Source: a virus
Lineage: Duplodnaviria > Caudoviricetes
Virus record (IMG/VR): IMGVR_UViG_3300028832_000118
Span: 1 to 64,000 of that record
Length of the DNA: 64,000 bases
Strand: one strand, 5' to 3'
This document shows, piece by piece, positions 49,874 through 58,516 of the stretch; position 1 is the first letter of the stretch, and every line of letters starts with the position of its first letter. The notes beneath the pieces are model-generated. The model was not told where the DNA came from and made no database searches. It was given only the letters and a program-made list of their open reading frames with translations. A program made the translations under genes and the position numbers.

Positions 49874-50764
49874 TTATTCGTATTTTTTAATTTCCAAATC
49901 AATTACTTTTTCCATCGCTCTCTTTTTCTCCAAATCCTTTGCGCTACCGCTTTCGTCATACTTCTTTTGCGCCTCTCTCATTTTCTCTACCATCTTAAAA
50001 AAATTCTCAGGTGTCATTCTCTTTACTTTTTTATCGTTTTTATCTTTTTTTTCTTTTCTATCTAATTCAACCCAAAGCCCATTCGCCACCATCTTACTAA
50101 TCCAATCAGCACGCTCTTTATTTACATTTTCAAGGGTGCTATGAGTATATTGCCAATAAGTAGATACCCACCGCCCATCGGGCATTAAAACTCTGTCTAT
50201 CTTATAAAATTTGAAAGTTGATAAATCTAACCTCAGGCTATCACCGCACGACACCGCCCCCCTCGCACTATTATACAAGAGGTTCATCAAACACATACGG
50301 GCTGCGGTGTATGAAATATCATTGCCGTAAATTTCAGGCTCCATCCCCTCGCTTCGGGACTGCTCCAGCCCTGCCAATAGCGTTCTGCCGCTACCACAAC
50401 ACGGGTCATTTATCGTTCCACCATCAGGCTTTATTATCTGCGCCATCATCTTGCAAATGTTATCAGGTGTAAAAAACTGCCCATTCTGCCCGTGCGAAAT
50501 ACGTTCCATAAACATATCCCCTAATGGGTCACGATACCCTTCAGCGGCATCGCTATAAAATTCCAAAGCCTCTAAAAACAGCCTCTTTCGCTCCGCATCC
50601 CCAAATGTCTTTGTTAAAAGCTCTTTTTGCTGAGGGTTAGGGTTATTGCAAAGCAGCCCTAATGATAAGTCAAGAAAATCTGAAAACAAGTCGGAAAAGC
50701 TCAAGCCCCTGCCTAAGCTCATTCTCTCTATCGCTCTCTCCAAACTGCTGCCCGTTTTTTTCAT
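49874..50764 (-). CDS. N6-adenine methylase-like protein lacking the NPPY catalytic motif
   Basis: GQFFTP, DPCCGSG (motif I), GNDI, GDSL present; no NPP(Y/F) downstream. Confidence 0.7.
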   Translation of the reverse strand: MKKTGSSLERAIERMSLGRGLSFSDLFSDFLDLSLGLLCNNPNPQQKELLTKTFGDAERKRLFLEALEFYSDAAEGYRDPLGDMFMERISHGQNGQFFTPDNICKMMAQIIKPDGGTINDPCCGSGRTLLAGLEQSRSEGMEPEIYGNDISYTAARMCLMNLLYNSARGAVSCGDSLRLDLSTFKFYKIDRVLMPDGRWVSTYWQYTHSTLENVNKERADWISKMVANGLWVELDRKEKKDKNDKKVKRMTPENFFKMVEKMREAQKKYDESGSAKDLEKKRAMEKVIDLEIKKYE

Positions 50765-51489
50765 TAGAATATATTTTTCAATTTACAAAATCCATTATTA
50801 TCATAATCCATCCTTCTCCACCATACCCTACATTTTTTTTCAAACCAATCCTCTTTGCCTAAACGCTGAAGATGGGCTTGAATAAGGTTCATTATTATCG
50901 GGATAGGGTAAAAATAGCGTTCCTTGGTAAATAGGTTTATTCCGTCATAATCAAAACCAGCAATACAAATGCACTTTTTACCAATATCGTTTTTTTCGTC
51001 AAATACGGGGTGAAGATGATTTATAGGGATAATCTTACCACCTACGCTATTAAACAGCCTCAAATCGGCTTGTTTTGCCCTCAAACGGGGGTTTTCGCTA
51101 CGTGCAACCTCAAAGAAAAGCACGCTTGGGTCAAATCCCTTATAATGAAGACGGGATAAAACTAATTTCAACCCTACTTTATAGAGGTCATTTCCAATCC
51201 CACTCTCTCGCCAGCTCTCCTCAACCGCAATAGCAGATAACATCAACCCGTTGCACCGCTCAAAATAATCGTAAACCGCCAGCCCTACGGGAATATCAAA
51301 ATTCCAAGCTAAAACAATAAACACTTTCGGCTCATCTGCATGTAGTCGGGTGACAATCTGATAAAAATCCTCTTTTAGAGTATCGGGAATTGAAGATTGA
51401 TAGATGGTGCTGAACCGCTCTAACGGCAAAATATTTTCCAAATGATTTTCACTCGTTATTAGTTTGAATGATAAATTTCGCTGCTCCAT
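50764..51489 (-). CDS. GNAT-family acetyltransferase (likely start MEQRN at 51489)
   Basis: IAVEESWRESGIGNDLY acetyl-CoA-binding motif A. Confidence 0.7.
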   Translation of the reverse strand: MEQRNLSFKLITSENHLENILPLERFSTIYQSSIPDTLKEDFYQIVTRLHADEPKVFIVLAWNFDIPVGLAVYDYFERCNGLMLSAIAVEESWRESGIGNDLYKVGLKLVLSRLHYKGFDPSVLFFEVARSENPRLRAKQADLRLFNSVGGKIIPINHLHPVFDEKNDIGKKCICIAGFDYDGINLFTKERYFYPIPIIMNLIQAHLQRLGKEDWFEKKCRVWWRRMDYDNNGFCKLKNIF

Positions 51490-51493
51490 AATC

Positions 51494-51700
51494 CTATTTG
51501 TTATTTTTTGATAAAAAGATAAAGGCGAAAAGCAACACCCCCATCCAAGACGTAATTGAAAGAATAAGAGCGGCTGGAATAGCCAGCAGGACATCCGCCA
51601 GCCTCTTTGCACAAATTACATACTCAATAAAGGTTAGGGCAAACATCGCCACACATCCCGTAACGTAAACAAGTGCTAACATAATTTTCAATACTAACAT
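51494..51700 (-). CDS. Small membrane protein
   Basis: Two hydrophobic segments. Confidence 0.5.
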   Translation of the reverse strand: MLVLKIMLALVYVTGCVAMFALTFIEYVICAKRLADVLLAIPAALILSITSWMGVLLFAFIFLSKNNK

Positions 51701-51735
51701 AAAACTATTTTATAACAATAAAAACTTTGGTAAAT

Positions 51736-51764
51736 AAAAAAAAGAGGGGATTTTCAACCCCCTC
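51736..51764 (-). terminator. Intrinsic terminator
   Basis: GAGGGG-loop-CCCCTC followed by T7. Confidence 0.8.
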
Positions 51765-51781
51765 TCCCTAACCCCTATTAT

Positions 51782-52204
51782 TTATAAATCTAAAATGCCA
51801 AACTGCTTCACCTCTACATCTGAATAGGCTCTACGGAGCGTAACCGAATAAAAGCATTTGGCAAGCCGCAAAGCGTTGAATGTGCATTCTTTGCCCTCGC
51901 TGCACTGATAAGCGGCACATTGGATAAAATCGTACACCCTCGCCTCCAATGTGTGACGGCTATACGATTTTTTACGGATAACACTCAAAATAGCCTCTTT
52001 TTCATCCCTGCTAATAGGCTTCCAATCCTCTATCGCCATATTATCCTTATAGCGGTAATTCACCGCCTCTACGTTAGTATTATAAAAATCTTTTGCCCAC
52101 TCCTCAATCTTATCCTCATTAGCATAAACATCACCACTATAAAGGTAATTAAACACCACTGCCAGTTTGCGGTACTCTTTTTTCTCAATTACAAATGCGC
52201 TCAT
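51782..52204 (-). CDS. Hypothetical early protein
   Basis: MSAFVI..NVEAVNYRY..AAYQCSEG, 140 aa. Confidence 0.55.
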   Translation of the reverse strand: MSAFVIEKKEYRKLAVVFNYLYSGDVYANEDKIEEWAKDFYNTNVEAVNYRYKDNMAIEDWKPISRDEKEAILSVIRKKSYSRHTLEARVYDFIQCAAYQCSEGKECTFNALRLAKCFYSVTLRRAYSDVEVKQFGILDL

Positions 52205-52224
52205 TTTTTTCGTTTTTAGGTTAA

Positions 52225-52256
52225 TAAAAAAGGCGGCAGCGATTAGGTTGTCGCCC
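52225..52256 (-). terminator. Probable intrinsic terminator
   Basis: GGCGACA/TGCCGCC imperfect stem then T6. Confidence 0.55.
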
Positions 52257-52272
52257 GTTAATTTAATTGCCG

Positions 52273-52890
52273 TTATGCGGTTTTTTTCGCTGTTCTCTTG
52301 GCTCTGCGTGCCGCTCTCTTTGCCTCTGCCTGCGTGCGCGCCAAATACGCTGCATAAAGGGGGCTTTTAATTGACTTCCAATCGAATTTTCCTGGTCTCC
52401 ACTCTAACCAAGCCCACTTGCCATTTTCATGAATGTCGCCTTCGTTATGCTTATTTTCTTTACCCCCGTGCCACTTCCCGTTTTTACTCTTCCAATCGCA
52501 CTTGCCATTCCCAAGGTCAGTCCAAATCCACTTCCCGTTAGGATGCACCTCACCAACCACGTGCTTCGGGGCTGCACCTCTCTTGGCAGGCTGGGCGGTG
52601 GTATCGGTTTTCTTTGCCTTCGGTGCTTCGGCTTTCTTGGTCTGCTTCTTAGCAGGTTTAAGGGCTGCAATGTAAGCCTCTACATACGGGCGCAATTCTG
52701 CCAGCTCGTTAAATTTTTCGCATAAATCCAGCTCACCCTTTAAGGCTTGCAGATTATCTGTTTCAAATAAAATACGGGTGGCAAACTCTTTGCGCATACG
52801 GGCGGCTGGTCTGCGGCTATTGCTAATAGCGGACATTTTCACGTTAGCAACTTCATTGAATTTTGCGGTGGCGGTTTTTTTCGTTTCCAT
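52273..52890 (-). CDS. Basic early protein carrying two copies of the Trp-rich module
   Basis: VVGEVHPNGKWIWTDLGNGKCDWKS and NEGDIHENGKWAWLEWRPGKFDWKS; Lys/Ala-rich flanks. Confidence 0.75.
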   Translation of the reverse strand: METKKTATAKFNEVANVKMSAISNSRRPAARMRKEFATRILFETDNLQALKGELDLCEKFNELAELRPYVEAYIAALKPAKKQTKKAEAPKAKKTDTTAQPAKRGAAPKHVVGEVHPNGKWIWTDLGNGKCDWKSKNGKWHGGKENKHNEGDIHENGKWAWLEWRPGKFDWKSIKSPLYAAYLARTQAEAKRAARRAKRTAKKTA

Positions 52891-52934
52891 AGTTTTGAAT
52901 TTTTAATTGTTAATAATTTTGTTTCGTTTAATTT

Positions 52935-52985
52935 TACGTCGCAAAGATACGGCAAAAAATAATACAAAACGCACTTTTGAAAAAA
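52935..52985 (-). promoter_or_regulatory. Bacteroidota housekeeping-type promoter
   Basis: TATCTTTG (-7 consensus TAnnTTTG) at 52942-52949, upstream TTTG (15 nt spacer, shorter than consensus) and A/T tract. Confidence 0.7.
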
Positions 52986-53057
52986 TTTTTTTTATTTTTT
53001 TTCTCAATGTAAATCAATGAGTTACGGATGTCGTCAAAATTTTTTTAGAAAATGAAT

Positions 53058-53093
53058 AAAAAAAATGCCAAAATTTTCGGAGTGATTTTGGCA
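53058..53093 (-). terminator. Terminator closing the TerS-like gene
   Basis: 9 bp stem TGCCAAAAT/ATTTTGGCA then T-rich tail. Confidence 0.7.
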
Positions 53094-53160
53094 AATTTAG
53101 TAAAAATGGTAAAAATTCTATTCCGCTTTCCAGCCTTATTTCAAGGCTTAAAATGCTTGT

Positions 53161-54399
53161 TTATTTTTCAATTCTGCCCCCATCATAGTAATCCTTCTTT
53201 CCCATGCTTTTATTCTTGCTCATTCGGCTCGGCAACACGTCATCCTTTCTCCTGCCCCTGCCAAGCGTGCTTCTATCAACTGGCTTCATAACATCTGAGG
53301 CTTCATTCTCGTTCTTTGCGCTCAAATCCCAAACTGTCGTTTTCTGCTCCTGCTCTTTTCTCTGACTTCTTATTTTTTCCAAGAATATAGATTTAATTTT
53401 TGCGGCTCTCGCACTCTCCTCAGGTTTTACCTCCTCAGCCTCTACATCCATAACCTCCTCAGCCCTCTCTGCATTACGTTCTATCTCCGCAAAGTCATAC
53501 GCTGAGGATGACGGGTAAACCATAGTGGCGTTTTCATCTGCCATTCCGCTTATATCTATGAATTTAGCGTAATAGCTATTATGAAGACCTGCCACCAGCT
53601 TCTTTACGTCATAATTCATCCGTGCCGCTACTCTCCCCAATATTACCTCTTTCAAGTTAATAGTTCTCAAAATCTCATTCTGAATATGGTCTTGAATAAC
53701 CGCTTCTATATTTACATCAAGTGAGGCATTGATATTCAAAATATCGCCTTCGCTCTCTTTACGTATCTGCTCCAAAGTACGCAACAGACAATTATAAGCG
53801 TCTATTCCATTGAACGCAATAAAGCGGTATTTCATTTTGTTATACAACCACGCCAGCTCCTCTAATCTCGGTCGCTTATTATACAAACGCACATCCACCA
53901 GCTTATTTCTGAACTCCTCCCGTTGTTTTTCTACCTGCACCGCATATTTTCTAATCACCTCTTTAACATCGTCAACGGACACCTGAATACCATTATCATC
54001 GTGCATTATCCTCACCACCTCCTCTATCGTAAACAACCGCCCAAGCAATCCTACTATATCACTTTCAAACGGGCTTATCTTTGGAAATACAGTCCCCTTC
54101 TTTATCCCTTTGCCGCCCGTACATCCTGCCCTGCCAAACGCTTTCGCCTGTGCAACGGATATTTTTCCCCTCATCGCCTGCCATTTAGCTTTCATGTCTA
54201 ATATCTCTTCCTGTTCTTTGGGTGAGAGGTCTGCAATGCGTTCTTTCAGTCTATGAGGCAACATCGCTATATTGATTTCAACCCCGTTTGAAGCGACAAA
54301 TATAGTGTTCTTCATAACGGGGTGATTTTTCAAAACCATCGCCTTTCGGTACTCTTTTTCATCGACAACACCTTCAGGGATTTCAATCCTATTTTCCAT
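53161..54399 (-). CDS. Probable terminase small subunit-like protein
   Basis: HTH-like FTIEEVVRIMHDDNGIQVS then FRNKLVDVRLYNKRPRLEEL, resembling DUF2280-type TerS. Confidence 0.45.
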   Translation of the reverse strand: MENRIEIPEGVVDEKEYRKAMVLKNHPVMKNTIFVASNGVEINIAMLPHRLKERIADLSPKEQEEILDMKAKWQAMRGKISVAQAKAFGRAGCTGGKGIKKGTVFPKISPFESDIVGLLGRLFTIEEVVRIMHDDNGIQVSVDDVKEVIRKYAVQVEKQREEFRNKLVDVRLYNKRPRLEELAWLYNKMKYRFIAFNGIDAYNCLLRTLEQIRKESEGDILNINASLDVNIEAVIQDHIQNEILRTINLKEVILGRVAARMNYDVKKLVAGLHNSYYAKFIDISGMADENATMVYPSSSAYDFAEIERNAERAEEVMDVEAEEVKPEESARAAKIKSIFLEKIRSQRKEQEQKTTVWDLSAKNENEASDVMKPVDRSTLGRGRRKDDVLPSRMSKNKSMGKKDYYDGGRIEK

Positions 54400-54481
54400 T
54401 TACAAAATATTTTGTTATTTATTGCAATTTGTTTTTACATATTATAATTGATAATTGCAGATTGAGAGAGTAGGGGGACTG

Positions 54482-55222
54482 TTATTTGTCCCCTCCCTCC
54501 TTCGGTATGTAGTTTTGGAGCTGCTGTATAGCGTTGAGGATTTTAAGCCACGTTGTATATTGAAATACGCTCTGCGACATAATTATCCACAAACCATTCT
54601 TCTTTCTGCCCATACACTCATAGCTCCCGTCATAGCCCGCTGGGTTGTGCGTGAAGACAGTTGTCGTTACAATATAGCAGTTCTTTTGATTTTCCAACGG
54701 ATGGCGTCTGATACAAATGCGGGACTTATCGCCTGAACTTGTCTCTGACCAAAACTCAGCTGTATTGGGGATGGGCTCTTTTTCATCCTCTTTTCCCTCT
54801 TTTTCTTTCGGCAATCTATAATCAAGATTATTCCAAAAACAAACAATCGGGTAATGTAACCAAATTTCAACGTCATCTACGGCTGCAATCAAACCATTTG
54901 GTGTAATCGTACTCGGAATGGATTTCAACGTGCTTAAACGGGCTGGAAATCCCTCAGGAGTAGCCTCGCACTCATTAATCCCCTTAATCAATGACGTGCC
55001 AATAATGCGCCCGTGGCTAACATACATAATTCTATCCCCTTCCTGAAGCTCGCATGGGATGAGCTTATCGGTATCGCATTCATCAATCAGAATAGTGCCA
55101 CCCTCCGTTGTTTTACAAATCAAGAAATTCTTTTCAGCGCCATTGCTGCTAATCTCTACATTTTCAATCATGCGCTCTGCTAAAACTCTGCGCTCCTTGT
55201 ACCAAAATTCTCTTTTTTCCAT
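54482..55222 (-). CDS. Hypothetical protein
   Basis: 246 aa. Confidence 0.5.
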   Translation of the reverse strand: MEKREFWYKERRVLAERMIENVEISSNGAEKNFLICKTTEGGTILIDECDTDKLIPCELQEGDRIMYVSHGRIIGTSLIKGINECEATPEGFPARLSTLKSIPSTITPNGLIAAVDDVEIWLHYPIVCFWNNLDYRLPKEKEGKEDEKEPIPNTAEFWSETSSGDKSRICIRRHPLENQKNCYIVTTTVFTHNPAGYDGSYECMGRKKNGLWIIMSQSVFQYTTWLKILNAIQQLQNYIPKEGGDK

Positions 55223-55851
55223 AATTAAAGTTTTTTAGAATATTTATAAATTAAACCTTTCTCAACCTTCTCAAAATGCGTCTAAAATAACTCAGCTCCC
55301 ATCCATTGCTCTGTCCACTCTCGCAAACAGCAATGATGAGAACTGTGCGTCTTTTTTGAATTTTCGCTCTTAAACCTAATGTTCTTTGCTTTCATAATTA
55401 AAGTTTTTTTTATGAATGACTTTTTTTCTATAAATAAAAAAACCTTGATAACAAAAATTACCAATGTTTCCCATTTTTTAGGATGAAAAATGAATGCTTC
55501 GACTTTATTCAGTAGTGTGCAACCCACCTTTCAGTCTCCGTTCAATATTTCAGAACTTTTCGATACGGATGCAGAAATCTGCTGGCCAACAGACAATCAT
55601 AGCTGCATTGCATTCACACTTGTAACGGGTTCTTTATAATGGAGGATTTCCAACTCCAGAGGTCTCAATTGCACCGAGACAAAAATAGGGGGGCTACGCC
55701 ACCATCTACAATCGGTATCGGACAACCTCAAATTTTAACATTTTCTTTTTTTGATTATTCGATAGTGACGGGATACGCACACCCACATTGAAAGTCAGCA
55801 ATAGCTAATTTAGGTTGTCGAAACAAACTTTTTCATTTCTATTGTGACTTG

Positions 55852-55944
55852 TGCTCCTTGTAAGGCTCGAACTTACGACTTACTGATTCCTACCACACCA
55901 TATTACTATGAGTCAGTTACTCTAACCGACTGAGTTAAAGGAGC
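55852..55944 (-). tRNA. tRNA anticodon CAU (elongator Met or Ile2) with 19 nt insert at position 37/38
   Basis: Acceptor GCTCCTT/AAGGAGC, D arm ACTC/GAGT, anticodon stem ACTGA/TCAGT, T arm GTAAG-TTCGAGC-CTTAC; no encoded CCA. Confidence 0.88.
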
Positions 55945-55948
55945 ATTA

Positions 55949-56062
55949 GAGGGTGCTGCATGTCTTTATCTTTGCAGCAAGCTGTCCTGGATTCATTACA
56001 CTCTTTTAAGAGTGGGGAGTTTTACGACCTCAACCCAAACGCTACCTGGATTCATTACCCTC
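55949..56062 (-). ncRNA. Candidate structured RNA upstream of tRNA
   Basis: Ends pair (GAGGGT/ACCCTC); internal hairpins; 14 nt GTAATGAATCCAGG twice. Confidence 0.35.
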
Positions 56063-56130
56063 AAATTTTATCATTGACTAATCTTTAATCATCATTTCAA
56101 AGAACTAACACCTTTAATAACTTTGGTAAA

Positions 56131-56343
56131 TTATTTATTCCTTACCCTTACTCTTTTATACCAATTAAAATTCTTGCAGTAGTGTAAATTTGCATCAACT
56201 ATCCTTTCGCCAAGCCTACAAATATTGCTTACCTTATAAAACGCACAAGTTTTACAACAAATATTGCTTTTCATCTGCTGCCTATCTTTTTCAGATAGAC
56301 GCCAAGCCTGCTCTAAACTTGGATAAATATAGTGATACCCCAT
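56131..56343 (-). CDS. Small Cys-rich protein
   Basis: CCKTC..C..C. Confidence 0.5.
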   Translation of the reverse strand: MGYHYIYPSLEQAWRLSEKDRQQMKSNICCKTCAFYKVSNICRLGERIVDANLHYCKNFNWYKRVRVRNK

Positions 56344-56409
56344 TATTCTTCAAACTTAAAATATTTTCATCAACCAATCAAATAATCTTACATACCAAGG
56401 CTCTCTCTT

Positions 56410-56562
56410 TTAGTAAAACGGGCAATGGCGAAAATTACCAGCCAGCCTGCATCTGCCCCAGTGCCCATTAACCATATTGTCTAATCGGGTGCAGGAATAA
56501 TGTATGGAAAATCCATTCTTTTTTATTATCTTGAAATAAAAACAATTTATTTCCCTTCCCAT
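56410..56562 (-). CDS. Small Cys-rich protein (50 aa, manual)
   Basis: MGREINCFYF..SCT..RCRLAGNFRHCPFY*. Confidence 0.5.
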   Translation of the reverse strand: MGREINCFYFKIIKKNGFSIHYSCTRLDNMVNGHWGRCRLAGNFRHCPFY

Positions 56563-56564
56563 AT

Positions 56565-56732
56565 CTAAAATCCCCTATCAATTTTAATCAATTTAACATT
56601 ACGAAAATTAAAAATAAACACCATAGCGTTATTTTTCATAAAGCCAACCGAAAATCTACCAGCGGTTTTAGGTTTTTCACTATTCCGTTTGCACTTCTTT
56701 TTCACTATTCTATAACAGTTAATCTTCTTCAT
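56565..56732 (-). CDS. Small basic protein (55 aa, manual)
   Basis: MKKINCYRIVKKKCKRNSEK..IDRGF*. Confidence 0.45.
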   Translation of the reverse strand: MKKINCYRIVKKKCKRNSEKPKTAGRFSVGFMKNNAMVFIFNFRNVKLIKIDRGF

Positions 56733-56874
56733 ATTGCCAACAAAAATCGTTAAAACTTACAGGCTTCAAAACTTTATCATCGCACTTGGACTTGGTAATT
56801 GAACACTTGCGCCTGAGCCTATGTCCCTTATCCCTCTCAAGAATTACATGCTTACAATTGCCGCAACATTTCAT
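56719..56874 (-). CDS. Small Cys-rich protein (51 aa, manual)
   Basis: MKCCGNCKH..KCSIT..FCWQYEED*. Confidence 0.55.
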   Translation of the reverse strand: MKCCGNCKHVILERDKGHRLRRKCSITKSKCDDKVLKPVSFNDFCWQYEED

Positions 56875-56879
56875 TTTTT

Positions 56880-57029
56880 TCATTCTTCATCATCTTTTAT
56901 ATTATCTTCTGCAAATTCATTCAGTATAAAGTCACCGCATATACTACTATCAGGAGTTACATCATCATAAGGACAATAAAACGTACCAAACAGGTCACAA
57001 TGCCCACAACATTCTAAAAAACTGCTCAT
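56880..57029 (-). CDS. Small Cys-rich protein (49 aa, manual)
   Basis: MSSFLECCGHCDLFGTFYCPY..ICGDF; ATGA overlap with helicase stop. Confidence 0.55.
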   Translation of the reverse strand: MSSFLECCGHCDLFGTFYCPYDDVTPDSSICGDFILNEFAEDNIKDDEE

Positions 57030-58516
57030 AACTTAATCTTTTCTAAAATATTCTTATTGAAATCATCCGTTCTGACATATACCAACTCTCTCCTTGCCCT
57101 CGTTATCGCTACATATTTCAAATTCTGCTCCTGCTCAAATTGCCAATCCTTGGTGCAGTATTTAGAGGGAATAAGCTCAGGACAAATAAAAAATATCCTA
57201 TCATTCTCCAACCCCTTTGCCTTATGAATTGTTGATAATAAAATACCCCTAACCTCATCTGAAAAAATATCAGAAATCATCCTCTTCAACCCCTCTACGC
57301 TTTCAACCTCCTCTATTAAACATTCCAACACCTCTACGCTATTATCCAAAGCCACGTATTTAGGGTGATAAAACGGGCGGTGAACCCCCCTGCCCTTTAA
57401 TTCGTTATACAGCCTTTTCTTCTCCCTGTCCAAAGCCTCCGTAAGCCTCCCTAAATCGGTTTTCACTCCCGTCTTATTAACAAGGCTAATAAGCCCAGCT
57501 CCAATCTCCCTCCCCCTTATCTTGCTTTTTACCTTATTTTTCATCAGCCAAAGATACGTTTGAACCAGCGGTTTTAGGTTTCTGCACAAAATCCAATCGC
57601 CATCCTGCAACTCGGTCAGCTCCCCCTCTCTAACATCCCCATCATCCGCATCCTTCAACGCTCTTATCTCTCCTACTATCTTATTAGCTTCAGCAACTAC
57701 GTTTTTACAACACCTATAACTAATGCTCAATGGCATTCTGAGGCTCGCTCCGTTGATATTAGATAAATTATAATAACTATCTTCATCAGCCCCTGCAAAG
57801 CCGTAAATAGCTTGTCGTGGGTCGCCTACTGTAATCAGCCTCCCCCTTCTGTTAATACACTTCTTGATAAATTCGTGCTGCATCGGGGAAAAATCCTGAC
57901 TCTCATCGCAAAATACATAATCATATTTTTCCAGCTTGATATCATCGCTAACGGCTGGAAAATAAATCATGTCTGTAAAATCATAATGCCATCTATCCTT
58001 TGCAACGTCATTGAATATACGTTTAGCCAGCTCCACTTCTTCAGCACCTATATTCAAATCATACTTATCCGCAATCCTTAAAACATCCTCATCGTTGCCC
58101 GTGCAAAGATTACACCGCATCAAATCTACAATCTTTGAAATTATGTAGTAATAGTAATATCTTTTATTTTCAGAAACATCCTTTGATAAAACTTTATCAA
58201 TCTTACCAATTACCTTATTTTTGTTTACCCTCGCCCTGCCTCCATATCTCTGCCTCACAGCACGCCAGCCGCACGAATGAACGGTCATAATAGACACATT
58301 ATCACCAACCCCTAAATCGCTGCACTTTTTAACAAGCTCAGCAACCACGCTGACGTTGAATGCTAAAAATAGGCAATTTTTTTCAAGAGGCACTTTTTTC
58401 AATAGCTCAAGCAAAACAGTTGTTTTGCCGCTTCCAGCTACGGCTGATATATTTATATTTTTATCCGTTTTTTCAAATGCTGTTAAAATCGCTTTCTGAT
58501 AGCTACTTAATTCCAT
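57026..58516 (-). CDS. SF1 (UvrD/Rep-like) helicase
   Basis: AVAGSGKT, VFCDESQD, VGDPRQAIYGF, LSISYRC, STIHKAKGLE, YVAITRAR. Confidence 0.93.
   Translation of the reverse strand: MELSSYQKAILTAFEKTDKNINISAVAGSGKTTVLLELLKKVPLEKNCLFLAFNVSVVAELVKKCSDLGVGDNVSIMTVHSCGWRAVRQRYGGRARVNKNKVIGKIDKVLSKDVSENKRYYYYYIISKIVDLMRCNLCTGNDEDVLRIADKYDLNIGAEEVELAKRIFNDVAKDRWHYDFTDMIYFPAVSDDIKLEKYDYVFCDESQDFSPMQHEFIKKCINRRGRLITVGDPRQAIYGFAGADEDSYYNLSNINGASLRMPLSISYRCCKNVVAEANKIVGEIRALKDADDGDVREGELTELQDGDWILCRNLKPLVQTYLWLMKNKVKSKIRGREIGAGLISLVNKTGVKTDLGRLTEALDREKKRLYNELKGRGVHRPFYHPKYVALDNSVEVLECLIEEVESVEGLKRMISDIFSDEVRGILLSTIHKAKGLENDRIFFICPELIPSKYCTKDWQFEQEQNLKYVAITRARRELVYVRTDDFNKNILEKIKL

Noticed and set aside
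55986-56058. Mini CRISPR array from two 14-nt repeats
   Set aside because: Repeats too short, only two copies, no cas genes.
57011-57029. Apparent frameshift in the ECCGHC micro-ORF
   Set aside because: Recount shows six T residues, so the ORF is intact from the ATG at 57029.
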